A stretch of DNA of 64,000 nucleotides from Phoronis australis (lineage: Eukaryota; Animalia; Phoronida), in contig NMRA01000201.1 of NCBI GenBank assembly GCA_002633005.1, positions 513,739 to 577,738 of the forward strand, in the 5' to 3' direction. A model generated the notes under the pieces. That model was not told where the DNA came from and searched no databases. It saw nothing but the letters and a program-made list of their open reading frames with translations. This document shows positions 12,933 to 26,463 of the stretch, in pieces. A program made the translations under genes and the position numbers. Position 1 is the stretch's first letter; each line of letters starts with the position of its first letter.

Positions 12933-15349
12933 AGCGCCACGACGTATTTTGATAACAATTCCATCTTTTACCAGTTATTTACATGCAGACAGCCACGCAT
13001 GCGCAATTCGATCACCACTAGTACAGCAGCGACACTGCGAGGAGAATTCTCCGAATAGCCCCAATGCCCAAAAGACCAAATGCGTTTGCCGCGTTGGCAT
13101 TAACCACTCGAGATTGCTTTGGAAATTGTGTTAATTTCAATGTTTGACAAAGAGAGAATTATGAGTTTCTGAGTGATTCACTGAGGCTCTGATCAAAATT
13201 TACATTTTACCAGCAGCCTTTGTTCATCGTTATTCAGATTCCGTTTTCTGGTTGAAAAAAGCAATTTTCTTCACTGCACAGTGGAGCAAACGACGGAAAC
13301 GGAATCGTAGTGGGCAGCGCCACTGCCGGTCACCTGGGATATCACGCACACATGCACAGGGAGCATTACCCAGCCTTAATTCCGTTACGATTGCGCCATA
13401 GCTGCACACATTGTTAATCTTGTTTCAGCCGTATGTTAATTACCGGTGTTAATTCATCAACTGAATATTTCCTCACGCTCCTACTGTTTTTTTTTTTGCT
13501 GCAGGCAAGGGGGCCACCTGCTCCCCCCTATGAGTTCTCCCGTTGCTCTGTGGGATTCTGTCTTTCCACATTAACTGATCGTAGCGTCCTCTAAGAACTT
13601 TACAGACCTAACCCACAGAAAACAAATAAAACAAAATCTGCGCCCATATGCAATTTTAGGCTGTCAACTAGCGAAAACCAGTTTCCTTCAAATTTAGTGG
13701 TCTCATGAGATTCTTGCATGACTCAATCTCTAAATTGGCCTGGTTTAAACTGTGATTTACTTATTTGTGTCCAACGTTCCCAGTTTGCAGCCACATGTTT
13801 TTGTTATAATGTGTTCGTAATAGCACATCTACATGTACATATTGGAATTCTTACATGTATCTATCCTTATGCATATTATTTTCATCTATGACTGAAATCT
13901 CTACAACCCAGGTTTGCAGTCACCAAGTAGGATGTGCAGGCGATATGGTTCTTGGGATATCTTACCTGTGTTTATCGCTAAATGAGGTGACGAACACGAG
14001 GAATATAAAATAATTCTAACCGTTTCACGAACACTCTCGCTGTATTTAAAGTCTGACTCGAACTGTAGTAAGTGCAAAATAAGCTCCTATGATTTGTTAA
14101 CAGTGTCGACTCTCTGACACACCGAAGTCGTAAGTTGACAAATATAGGCTTGTTACCCTACTACTGTCTACGTCAGCGCGACAATCCTCAGTAGATTGAA
14201 AGGGACTTCTTATAAAAATCCTTTTGGTATAAGAACATTTTCCGTAATCTCCGACGTCCCTTGACAGAACTGTCTCAAATTTGTTATGTGGAGAGATATA
14301 ATCCACCATAATTGCTAGCTTTGAGAATGCCGTTACTTGCTCCGACATACGGATCTCGAGCTATTCGAAATTTACTTGTCAGATTTTTGTTCTCGTACTA
14401 GCTTACATATATTTCGACATGAAATTTACAAACAATGTTCACTTTGTCAATAGCTCGATGACCCTTTGTTTCTTTGGCGAAATCGAATGCAAGATAGCAA
14501 TGTGACGACCATCCTTTTGCGGAGCTCTAGCTCCGCTAGTATCTTTTAACAAAAGCTTCTGAATTTCGGTGTGTAAATAGATCTCCCGAAAGGCTACCTG
14601 CATTGCATCATTAGTGTCTCGCTACGAATTACCGTTCTCGAGTTATTCGAGCTTTTCTGATGTGACAGCTGCTCTTTTATTGACTGGTTTTTCAATGCAT
14701 TGTTGATGGTTTATCATTTACAGCACATTGTTGTGATAGACGTTAATGTCAACGTTGGTGTTTTCGGTTTTGTTGACCTCAACGCTGAGAATTTCCATCG
14801 ATTTCGCCAAGTATCGCTCTTCAGAGTTGACTCTGATTTGAAACTCGAGTCTCCCAGGTTATGTGTTTGTACCGAAGACTTGGTGAAACGCTTGGTTCGA
14901 TCAACTGATCTACATGTATATAACATTCAAAGGTCTGGCGATAATTAATAGTAACAGGTCTGGCGATAATTATTAATACAGATTTGCATAACTAGGTCGA
15001 ATTCGCCAGCTATGAAACCGTCACGCTCTTTGTAAATAAATTCCTTTCTTCAATGTCTAATGTAGTTTCAGTTCCAAAACTCTAGTCAGTTGGCAAATAC
15101 ACAGAACTGACAAGACGCGTCAAGGAGCTGTGTGCCTGTGCAAATCAGAAAAATTACGATATATTCTATGAAAGGTAATGCGACTTTTGATAAGGCGTAC
15201 CACTGGGCACAACTGGCGCAAGGATTTTCATACGACTTCTACTGATTTCATTAGGACTGTAATCTTTCCAATTAAACATCTAATCCTTTAATTTAATAAA
15301 CATATCAAATTGTTGAGGTATGGTTTTTATCTCTTAATTCTGATTTTAG

Positions 15350-15435
15350 GACAAAGTACAGAGTGGCGTACAAGTCGGAAGTGCGATATAAATGTTGTAC
15401 CGGATATAAAGACAACGGCAACTCGTACTGTGCAC
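15350..15435 (+). CDS. Exon 3: EMI-like domain, C-half (RTKYRVAYKSEVRYKCCTGYKDNGNSYCA)
   Basis: ttttag acceptor and C|GTAAG donor, phase 2-1; YRxAY...CCxGY is the EMI C-terminal motif. Confidence 0.85.
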
Positions 15436-16593
15436 GTAAGACATTTTGTTTATTCACTCCCCAGTTATGCCAGCAACACTTAGTGACGGTTTGTTAAATG
15501 TGTTTCAATTACCTTGGTCATTTTAGTTATCTCACACGTTTTGAATATTTACCATGGTGAGTGTAAACTATAATTGTTTTGATTACACGCCTCTGTTCAG
15601 GTTAACAACGACATCATGGACAAGTCTACTATAATTAGCCAAATTTCTACAATGGTATAGATTTAAAATCTGCAAAATTATTGAATTGTCATTAATCTGT
15701 CATTAATTGAGATAATTGACCATGTACTTTTAGTAAAAATGAAGGTACAGTGATAGCAAAACTACGGCATCAACAAAATTTTGTTCAATATAATCATCAT
15801 TGTTTCATATCCAATATTACAGTTTCTTCGTGAAAAGCGTCAAAGTCCATTCGTAACAACTTTTTGGAGAACTTGTGCAAAAAGTGAGGTACGTGAAAGT
15901 TTCACGTACATGTAAATCCGAGGAGCCATTTCTGAGATATGGTGTTCCAAAGTTTGCCAAATTTGATCATTTTTGGAGGGTCCTACTTATCTTTAAGGAT
16001 GCACCTGAGTGTAATTTTGGTTATCCAACTGGAAACACTGAAGGCAGTTGTGTGCTTGGTGATAAGGCATCTAGATTGGTTGAAGGGTTTTTGGCTGGTA
16101 TTAGATCGTCTGTGATCCCGTTGTTCCGTCCCGAAAAACCGCCAGTTTTGAATTACACCAGCTACTGCTTCGCGTTCTTTGCTAGACGATAATTTGACTT
16201 GTTTTTGCGAAGACTTGGCAGCTCATATTCCTTGACACCATGCTCGGCGCGCAAAATGACACGCCGTGACAAGCCAACTAGTGAGTAAAAACGAGAGCCT
16301 GTTCTGCCGAGGTCGTCAAATTACATCTAATTTGACTAAAGAACTTTTTGAGGCAAATTCCATGAAGGCAAGAGCGTTAAAATTCAAAAGATATTGTCAT
16401 GAAAAGCAAAAACGAGTTTATTGCTACTCTAAAATACATGTCTGACGGGCTGGTGCCTCAATGGAACTCCCAAGTCTTGCACGAAATACTAATAGACGTA
16501 GGCTTAAATGACCGTGTGAGCAATATTTACATGTACGTTTCTTTGTCTCGTCGAGGAGAGATTCACTGCGGGTTGTTGTTTTGTTGTTTGTAG

Positions 16594-16692
16594 CGTTGTG
16601 CTTCAACTCCTTCAGTTGTCCAAACGGTGGTACTTGCGCCAAGCCTGATTACTGCACGTGCAAAATTGGTTTCTATTCTCCTAGGTGCTATG
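16594..16692 (+). CDS. Exon 4: EGF-like domain (PLCFNSFSCPNGGTCAKPDYCTCKIGFYSPRCY)
   Basis: C-C-NGGTC-C-C-GF-C EGF spacing; tgtag acceptor and G|GTAGGT donor, phase 1-1. Confidence 0.85.
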
Positions 16693-17709
16693 GTAGGTAT
16701 GCTTAGTTGTCAAAATATGGAGAACGTGCTGAGAGATGTTTAAAAAGTCCTTCAAATGGATAGTAAGCCATGCTTGTGTGCAGGACCTTATTATGTTATT
16801 GCGAGTATTCACAGATACATGTACGAATGAAATTTGTTTCAGTGATGGCGGAAAATCTGATTGGAACACTTGTAGGTACTCAAGGTGCATGCGCAGTAGA
16901 AATGGTCTCATGCTGGCCTCAGAAGTACTGCAGTGCTGTAAGCTGGGTAACACTCAACAGTTTTTGCTGATTTGTGGCACCTGCAACAGTCTGTGACACA
17001 AGAAGTACAAAACAAATCCTGAATATATGAATAGTAGGCCTATTCCGGGCAGAAGACTTCAAAAACCTTGCACAAAATCTATTTGAACTGACTCCTAAGT
17101 CAATTTTCGCTCTTGCACGACTACCGGAAATGCAACCGAATACTTAAACAAGTAAGCAAAAATACACCAAATCAGCATGTTTCAATCCTAAGCCACCAAT
17201 TGCAGCCGATTACTACGAACTGAGAGACAGTGCATTCAGACTGCCAAACTCTCCAGATTACAGAAACCAGATGGAAAGTGGGTATCGACTTACATGCTTA
17301 CAAACCCAAATTGTCTAAAGAGTGTTTGATTATTCTTTTTTGAACCATTTATTCCACAAACACATCTTTAAAAATCAAAACAATATTTTCTGAGTAAGTA
17401 AAATTATAAAGCACAAATAGACTACCATGGAATCCCAAGTTCTCGTAGTTCTACCGATCTTCCATGTTTTGGAATCTATTTTTCATCAATAAAGTTTGCA
17501 TTCAAATACTTTATAAAAACTTCAGGATTTTATTTTTGTATTGTTAATATAATATTTGGTAAAAAAACAATTCGAATACATTGCTTTTTTTAAAGAGGAA
17601 TCCAAAATTATTATATTTTTATGTAAATGAAATTCGTAGCCGGTCTTTGCTGACAGCTGATTCCCAATGTCGTGCAAAAATAATGTGTAACACAAAAAAG
17701 GAACAAATA

Positions 17710-19047
17710 AGGGCCTACAAAGTTCGGCAAGCTAATAAGGTCCGTAGCAAGAGTTTGGGGTCTGTTCGGAGATAAATTCTAAGTATTTTTCCGTGAGATA
17801 CAGACAGGAGAACCTAGATCTGTGTTGTTTAGACTTGTGATTTTTTGAGTTCTAAACACACAATCCTGGCCAGTAGCTCGGAGCCCGATCAGGCCCGTCC
17901 CGGCCGGACTGACTCATTATCCCGGCCAGTGGCTCGGAAGCCGAACAGACATCACGAACATAAACCATCCAAAGTTGGAAAGTAAACTTCCAGTCACGAA
18001 ATAGTAGTGAGCTAAAGAAGTAAAATCCACGTGATTATGTTGGTTAATTAGCCACGAAACTGTAAATCTACTTACTCGTCGGGGGCCGCGAATTCAACCA
18101 GGTTCCGTTTTGGCCCCACAGAACCGTCACGGCTGAAGTTGTACATTGACAATCATTATTTGAATAATGTAAATGTAAATAAAGATTCTCCTAACACCTG
18201 GCCGTAGTATAGAAATGGAGTTGTTTCACAACAGTTTCTGTCAGCAAACACTAAATTAGCATGAGCCCACGCGGCCTCGGTGTCCCGTCAATTAGTTTTA
18301 TTGCACCTAAAGCCGGTAACGCAGTGATTTATTCATTGCTGGCTTCTCACTCACGAACACTCCAAAGGCATAACAAATTGCATCTAATGAGACAGGCTTT
18401 ATTTCAGTTTTATGTAATTATTGGTAAGGGTGAGAATAACTCATTTTGAAACAGAACGCTCAGTAATAAACGTCAACACGGCATTTCGCAATCCCGCGAC
18501 TTAGACGAGAGCTCATCCTGACGAAGACTTCGCAGGTGGATAGTTAAGTTTCACAGGCTATCTTTTCGAACAGGAATACAGTGATGAAGAAATACTAGAG
18601 AGGCGCCGTGAGCAAGCTCAGACAACGGAACGTATGGATTGTTATTTGGCATTCGTCAGGCACTGTCCTGCGACGACTGCAGGCCACAGACACGGAGATG
18701 TTTCACGGCCTCATACATGTACATGTACTTGCTATTTACAGCGTACTTTTAATTCTTCACTACCGCGAGCCACTTCCTAAGCAGTTCGGACTCTCGAGGA
18801 AGTCGAAAAAAACGATATACCCGCTTTCCTCGCTGCTGCATAGTTGAGACAAGCGGGAACGATGCACCGCAACATAGCGGCATTAACTCGGCAAATGAAC
18901 CATTGACGTCGCTGCGTCGTGTCTCACCTTCCTCACAGGTTAACGCGACACCTCTCGGCCAGGTAAGGCCGACCGTATGCAAGACGATGTGGATATAGAC
19001 CGATTAAGACGGCAAAAAAGACTAATTAAATCGGGTGGCATTCTCCT
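17710..19047 (-). mobile_element. Second, inverted and truncated copy of the same Kolobok-type element
   Basis: GGTGGCATTCTCCT|TTAA at 19034-19051; reverse-complement similarity to about 5390-6780; KolX-like FTGYLFEQEYSDEEILERRRE at about 18550-18610 (+); THAP remnant on the minus strand. I did not find the other TIR. Confidence 0.8.
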
Positions 19048-19488
19048 TTAAGACGTACACAAACATATAATACTATGAAACTCAGTCCGGAAACCGCAAT
19101 TAGCATTATATCCGGGCTTTAGGCAATGAACACTCAGCAATAAATAAGAATTTTAAACTGTTATCACTACATGTACATACAACAACAAGAGAAAAGAGAA
19201 AAGTGAAATTTGACATTGACTTACAACACATCAATAGAACAACAGGCCATGGTAAACAAATGATGCGACAGATTTAAGCAGAATAAGATTGGTTTCAACA
19301 CTGACATTTTTAACCATATTGACTTTGTCTGTCAAAGTATGGGATTCATTAACTGTAGAGAACACATCAGAGTTACTTTCGATGACTTGAAAAAGTCCAT
19401 GCCGTTGTTGAAAATTGATTGAATGTCACCTTAATTGTCGCAGTATAAAAAGTGCTTGACAATAATAACGATGTATTGTTGCCTGTAG

Positions 19489-19623
19489 CTTGTCCGGTGA
19501 ATGACATTACCTACTGCGCCAAAATGACTTGTGATGCGGGACCCACGAACAAGATATGCACGGAATGTCAACTGCATTCCCCGTCAGGTGGCGCCTACCT
19601 CTTGACGGGCAATCAATGTTTAA
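19489..19623 (+). CDS. Exon 5: Cys-rich (furin/VSP-like) module (ACPVNDITYCAKMTC...CTECQ...NQCL)
   Basis: cctgtag acceptor and A|GTAAGT donor, phase 1-1; CxxC-type Cys pattern. Confidence 0.8.
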
Positions 19624-20694
19624 GTAAGTATGGCAAGATATCTAAAGCATATCGCATTCGCTAATACAAACAGTGCAAGTACTATTTTACCAAAAAATAA
19701 TGTTTTATGAGTTGCAAAACGGTTGTTTGTCAGGTTAGGATTTCCTCGGGCAATAGCTGAGATTGGCTCTAAGAAGTTTCTGATAGTTGAACAGATTTCC
19801 AATTACAAAATTTCAGCGTGTGGTTTCAGCTAAAACAATTACTTTCAAGCTTAAACTGTTTATTCTACTTCCAGACTGTACATTCACAATGCTATACGTG
19901 CATCCTGTAAGTCGAAAACATAATAAGTCGAATGTGACAAAAACTATGTCAAGGAACACATTCACTCACGGGTATAAAATCAAAGCGATTACTAATCAAA
20001 GTGGTTACTGAACACGAAATTTTTGTACTATGTTTGCCAGAGTTTGCTTTTGACTGTCATTCTTGGATTATAAAGTGAATTACGATTTTATCCGTCGCAA
20101 AGTGCCATTTTTATTAGCAAGGACGTTCATGAGATGAGATCACTCATTCATATTTTAGGTTCATACAATAAACAATGAACGTTACTATTAACTCGTAGTC
20201 CACCTAATTTCAATATAATATGCTACATTGTACGTGGAGGAATTAAATTTAAAGACTAAGGATTATCTTAAATTATCAAGGCTTTGTGGATACAAACAAA
20301 ATGAGGTGCATTTTAATAGTGTGACGTAATATGCAAAACCACGAGAATAAAAAAATTGTTAAATTCCACAGAATTTCATTTATTTTTTTCAGATTTAGTA
20401 GAACAAAGCTTCAACCATAGATTGATTTCTACAAAACTAAACTGAATATTTTGCACGCATCTGGCAGTTTAATGGAAATCGTGTAACAACAAAATGTCAT
20501 TTTCGTCAACTTTTAGTGTGAATATCAAGTGGCATTAAAGACGGTAATTGTTGGTAAACGTACTCTAATTTTCGCCAACGAACTTGTTCAGCATTTGCGG
20601 TGTTTTAGCCGAAATTGAAATGTACAGACGAAAAGTCATGGGAAGATTTTGTGATTCAAAATTTCATTGCATTTCGACGTAGATTGGGCAATGC

Positions 20695-20783
20695 TTTGTT
20701 TGTTTGTTTGTTTGAATGTATGCGTGTGTTTGTGTGTGTGAGTGTGTGTACGTTGGTGTGTGTGTGTGCACGCGCGCGCGCGT

Positions 20784-20843
<60 letters not shown>

Positions 20844-20860
20844 GATGCACGTGTGTGTTC
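20695..20860. repeat. (TG)n/(CG)n microsatellite
   Basis: Seen directly. Confidence 0.95.
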
Positions 20861-21069
20861 GATGACTTTTTTATCCTTTGGTGCATGTCTTGCAAGTGAG
20901 AACTACATTTATTAGCCCGAGTTATATAAGCAGACATTCCAACACACCAACCTTTCATGACGATGCTATTGTAGGTAAGGTCTTTTACGTCTTCAACATA
21001 CAGACTTTCCCAAATTTAAATTGTTTTTTCAGTCTAGAACGTTGATCTATTGTCGTCTTGTTTTCGCAG

Positions 21070-21189
21070 AAAAGTGTTCATGGCTATCCTACACAAGGTG
21101 CTGGCCGGGTACATGCAACGACAGAGGTTTGGCGTCTTCGTGCAGTTGCTCATCTGGGTTCAAGGTCGTGTCCGGAGGCATTTGTCAAT
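21070..21189 (+). CDS. Exon 6: EGF-like module (KCSWLSYTRCWPGTCNDRGLASSCSCSSGFKVVSGGICQ)
   Basis: ttcgcag acceptor and T|GTAATT donor, phase 1-1; six Cys with CxCxxGF. Confidence 0.8.
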
Positions 21190-22933
21190 GTAATTGCTTT
21201 GGATCTTTTATACGCCGAAAAATGTAACAATTTTGTAAAATGTAACAACTGTAGCATTTTACGTGATTGTTACATCTTACGTTGCTAAGCATCTCCTAAA
21301 ATGTAACAAGTTGTTACTTTTTATGTAATCGTTGCATTTTTCGACAAATTCACATCCGAGAAATGTACGCTTGTTACATTTTACAATACCAACTTCATGT
21401 CACAAAGTTAATGACACAAATCACGAACAAGTGGTATGTGACACGGTTGGGGTGAGTGGTTCCCGAAAATTTGTATAGCTATCTATTTTGAGAGTGGTCT
21501 CTTACAAAAATTGACCCATTTAGAGAGTAATTTTGTGTAAAATTTCCCATTTTTGCACAGCTCGGTTCTGGAAATTCAGAAAATGCACCCTTTTGAATAG
21601 TATTTTGTGGAAAATGGCACCATTTTGGAGAGCATGTTTTGCTGTGAAAAACACCCTTTGTAGGATACCCTCACACGGCATGAATTTGGTAACCATTATC
21701 ATTATTTTCAATATCATTATTGTTATTATAATTATTTAATTTACTTACTTAAAACAGACTGTGTGCAATATACACAATACACGCTTAGCAAAGTGCTATT
21801 GCCTTACATTTCATTTATTGTTCAATGTTTTCGCTTGCCTTAATCCCATAATGTACAGCGAGTGGTGCTGCCTCATAAGGATTTTAAAGGGGTTCCTAGG
21901 CTTAACCTAACAATGTTGTGGGAAACGTCTTGGCAGCTGTGGATGCAGAGTATGTATACTTTTTTTGGAATCGAAGAGGTTGAGATTTAATATCATGTTT
22001 AGACGAACGCCGACTTCAAAATTTGATCATTTCTGAACTATAGGCAAGGACGGTACTTTTGCGATATAACCGTATCTTTTTGTAGTTCGCCACGAAGACC
22101 TGAATGCAGATTGTAATCGTTTACTTACCACTTACATCTAAACGTGAGAATACCCACCGTGTTATCCTTTTTGTTTAAAAGCAATTTCGTTTTCAAAAAA
22201 CTGGTACTTGTTCCACGATGATATGTCAGTTCAAAATTGCGTTAAGTTAACCTCTGGAGGCTACAATTTTTTCGAGATCCGACGAGTAGTTAAAGGATCT
22301 TTTCCATCTGTACTGGTTTTGCAATATTGCACAGCCTTTTAACTGGATGACGTTTAATGAATGGATTTGTTAAAAGCACAACAGTCAAGGCAATTGAGGT
22401 AACAGCAAGTATATTTTTGAAGACTGTGATGGGTTTGAATTATGTAATTTAATACTTCGTCATAGGAAACCACACATGTAACGTTGAGACACTTTTTAGT
22501 TAACAGTTTGTTTTTTCAAACTTTATTTTCTGAAGAAATTACATATTCGTCAGTTCCTCACACTCTCCCCAAAAAGCTGGAGTCCGCCATTTGCTGAAGA
22601 GCAGACGAAACTATTGCGCTTTGCCGGTAACGACATTTGGTAGGTCTTTGATTGATCTGGTCGCGTTGTTTTTTTGTTTTTCTTTCTTCTATTTTTGGCT
22701 TTTAAACTTGCCGAATTGACTCCCTTCATTGCAGAAAAAACAGGGAAAAGCCACCCCAGCTCACGACCCGACTCCTTGGCCCTGTTGTGGATTGTGGATC
22801 GAGGGGCTCGTGGGTCGTGGGTAGAGGGGGGGGTCGTGGGGCTTGAGTGGGCTCTGAACAATCCAATAATTAAAAGTCATATCTTCCGTTATTCAATAAT
22901 TACAGAGACCTAACGTTTTCTTCCTTGTTCCAG

Positions 22934-23203
22934 TGGAATCCATTTTTCCAAATCTACTCACCTGTGAGACTAGAGCCGTGAGTTCCAGCAACGAATACGC
23001 CGATTCCAAGATACCAACAGGACAAGCGACCTCGTGCGCAAATCAGCAAGATTACTACAGCAATTTCTCCCCTGTTCGCGTTAACTATAAGTATACATTC
23101 CAGTTCAAAGTTACCGGCTTGCCTTCCACGCCGAGTTGGATTGCTGACTACCATTTTGGTACCACGGCAGCGTACACGCAAGTCATAACTTTCAAACACA
23201 ATG
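22934..23203 (+). CDS. Exon 7: unassigned beta-rich domain
   Basis: ttccag acceptor and G|GTAAGT donor, phase 1-1; lies within ORF 22933..23271. Confidence 0.8.
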
Positions 23204-24764
23204 GTAAGTTAGAAGCGCTTCTTCTTGGATTGGATTTCGATAAGCATTTCGTATCATTATCCTTCCGCTGATACTTATATTTCCTGAGTGGCTTGAAACA
23301 CAGTAAGGAGCTTTAGTTATTTCTTACGAAATACAATAACTGATAAGTACAGAGTTTTATTTTACCGTAAATGGACGTATTGTATGAAAAGAATCCAAAA
23401 GTTGGCACCCACGCCAGTCGATATAGTGGTCAACTCGCCCGGATCGCTTACCGCAATCTTCAAAGACACTATAAAGTTGCAGGCAATTGCATCCCTGCGG
23501 ACGCCACAGGGTGGTGATGTTATACATGTACTTTACATGTAGTTCTCTAGATAATCAGACTCATAATAAACACACTGAGGAAGACAATAGTATTTTTTAA
23601 GTTTTCGTTTGAAAAAAACTTAAATAGTTTATTTGAATAGTTCGTGAAAAGCACAAGTGGTTTGGTTTTTGAATTTTGGAAATCGAACAATCTAAAAATT
23701 TTAAGAGTGTTGACACCCTCCTGCTTGTCTTTAATTCTGCTGGGTGTGCAACACAATTGGGCCAGTTACCAAACCACCAGGAAGCAGTTGGAACTTGACG
23801 TACAATTCCTGGCATGGGCCTGTTGACTTACGTTTGAAGTCACGCGTATATTTGTAATTAAGCGCACGCGTCTATACGTGAACCACTTGAGTCAAACTAT
23901 GATGCTCTGGCGTACCCCATTATGATAAAATGACCACTGCTAGTTGGCTAGAGGAATGCAGTGAAGGTTTGTTTCCAATGACGTAAGGTCACTCACTAAG
24001 TCTGGCCACCTGTACTTGTGAATGTAAGTAGGTTTACGCATTGGCTTTCATCCATATCAATAACTCGTTTGCTTTTCTGTTGGATTTTGCAGGCTTATGA
24101 TAACGTCTGATGGGAATTTACCCCCAAAAGACCGTCCTGCAAGAGCGCCCATTCAAAACCATAAATTTGCAAGGATATTAGAACGATTTTGGTAACTTTC
24201 AAGAAAATCTCGTCATGAATTCTCAACCGTGCGTTAATCCAATAAGTTGAGCTTTTTTGAACTGACGATGATGGTGCTGTGTTAGTGCAAAACCGTCATT
24301 GTTCACGAGAATATATTTTGTGTTGGTGGGTTGACAAAACATGATTTCATCGTTAATGGAATATACTGTAATTGTGTATGACTTGCTGTTATCAGTGCCA
24401 AGTATCCAGAACGTACAGTACTTTGCGTCGTAAAGAATGCCCATACTTCAGTCAATGTCAGAAACATTCGTTTGAGGCGTTCTTTCGGACATTGATGAAA
24501 TTAGAGCAGGGACTGGTTTACATGTATATTAAATTAGAAAACTAAATAAATTGGAACACGAACAGATGAGCTGCCGTTGCTTGGATTCTCAGAGTATTTC
24601 ATTGAAATCTGGTCTCGCCACTTTTAGAAAGTAACACGATTTCGGGTCGTGGGGCAGGTGATTGAATGTTATGCATTTGCTTATACATGACAATACATGT
24701 ACGCTGTTATTGCATTCTGGCATATTGTGCACGTGCTTTGATGCGTCATACAATTTCATTATAG

Positions 24765-25034
24765 AACCTTCAGGACAGTGCTTTCAGGATTCCAATTCCC
24801 GTTTACTTCCGTACACGGCATACTGGTCACATAAACAGAGCACTGTTGAGACATGTGTTGAGGCTTGTCGCTCGAAAGGATACAAGTACGCTGGTCCTCA
24901 ATATCACGAGCAGTGCTTTTGCGGGAACACGTTCGATATAGGGAAACTGAGACCGCAATCGGAATGCAACACCAAGTGCAGGGGAAGTGACGACATGTGT
25001 GGCGGAAGTTGGAGATTAAGCATCTATTTCACCA
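24765..25034 (+). CDS. Exon 8: WSC carbohydrate-binding domain
   Basis: CFQD...TVETCVEACRSKGYKYAGPQYHEQCFCG...ECNTKCRG...CGGSWRLSIY matches the WSC consensus; phase 1-1. Confidence 0.9.
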
Positions 25035-26463
25035 GTAAGTAATAGTCGGTATCACGGTAATGTCTTCATGCATATACAATCATTGCAGTTGGACATAAAT
25101 TAGCTGTTTGAGGCTTGATGACAAACCGTGTTACAAGCAAGTGGTATTTTCTAACTACTCTCAGTTACCCTGATATGTATGTCGCCAAGTGGAATGTACA
25201 TGTAATTGCGCCAGGATAACCCTTTTGTTATCAATATACATGTATGATGTTACCCACGCCACGTTATAAGACGTATTGAGGAGCTGCATTTTTTGTTTTA
25301 TCAAGAGTGTTTCATAACTAGTAGCACAACTCTTTAGCTCGTAAAATCGATCCCGTTAATATCTTATATTCTGGTTGGACTTGATGCCCGTTACCAAATA
25401 AAAAATTAAGACCAAGAAAACGCTTCAATTTTGGGGATTGGTCAACCTAAAACTACAAGGTTAAATCGTCGAATATACATGTACATATTCCTCCTATTTG
25501 TCAGCTCATTCGGCAACGAATAAGGATCGGGTGAGTTTGGTCGTATTTTTAATCCAAAGTGTTTTGGTTTAGAATTTCAACTTTGATAACTGAATAGCGG
25601 CAAAATACCCCTTTAAGGTTACATGTACATAGTACGTACATGTAGGATTCTAGAAAAGTTTTCTAATTTCACTTAGTTTGGAATATCACATATCAAAAAT
25701 ATCCGATCGTATTCATATCAAACTTGTACACGTTTTGTGCATTCTAACAGTTCCACTTTTGCATGAAGGGCTATAAAATAAACCTATCGCAGTTTTTATG
25801 AAATGAACTTTTAAGTTGCTTGAAACGCAATCAAATGATAATTTTAGAAAACGACTTTGAGCCGGGAGACCAAGAGGAGTACTATTTTCCATTTAACTTA
25901 GTGGTATATTGGCATGTATTTTTGTAAGCGGCCTTCCTCATTCAAATCATCAACATGGTCATAAAAAAATATTACGTAAAACTTTTTAACCTTTATAAAG
26001 AATTGTATTGCCAGTATTTTAACTTCGTGGAAGCCTGTTAGGTACCAAATTATATTATCTAAAATGTTTTATACTGTGGGTCTGTGGGCCATTAAAAGCA
26101 GATCAGACCAGTGAATTGAAAACCTAGGGTGTGATCACGAGAAGTGATTTTAGGCTTGCAAATACGTCACAGTTTGTTGTAATTCGAGGCTAAAACCACC
26201 CTTGGAGTACAAAAATGTGCTGGTGTGGTAAATACAACGTGTTAAGTCTTTTCCCAAGCAATAAAGAAAGCCATTTTTCTAAGTCCAGTACCCTGCAGCA
26301 ACCACAGTAAGACCCAAGAGATGACTTTTGTAACATGTAGTGGTCTAAATCAAAGTGTTAATACGGAAATAACTTTGGTAACTGCGTCAACAGTTCTTGA
26401 CAAAAATATATAATTACGAATGCTTTACGTAGGCCTACAACTTTTTCCCTGAATTCGTTTCAG

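Larger units (their letters stand above)
9943..13062. mobile_element. Degenerate ISL2EU-like (PIF/Harbinger-ISL2EU-Spy group) DNA transposon
   Basis: 17-bp TIR GGGGCTATTCGGA(A/G)AAT (9943-9959 and 13046-13062); flanking AAT duplication (9940-9942 and 13063-13065); convergent decayed SAP-YqaJ (+) and THAP (-) genes inside. Confidence 0.7.

Noticed and set aside
12616-12965. 96-aa minus-strand ORF plus an upstream signal-peptide-like reading (MELLSKYVVALCLITA...), suggesting a nested secreted-protein gene
   Set aside because: The third frame gives a recognisable THAP domain positioned just inside a transposon TIR, so the other frames are shadows.
15601-16380. piggyBac-like TTAA-flanked MITE in intron 3
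   Set aside because: The terminal inverted similarity is too degenerate to support boundaries.
20615-20958. CV- and HT-repeat ORFs (likewise YV/HTYI-repeat ORFs at 62228-62546)
   Set aside because: Translations of microsatellites.
22554-22640. Possible extra exon between exons 6 and 7
   Set aside because: Weak acceptor context, no recognisable motif, and exons 6 and 7 already join in phase.
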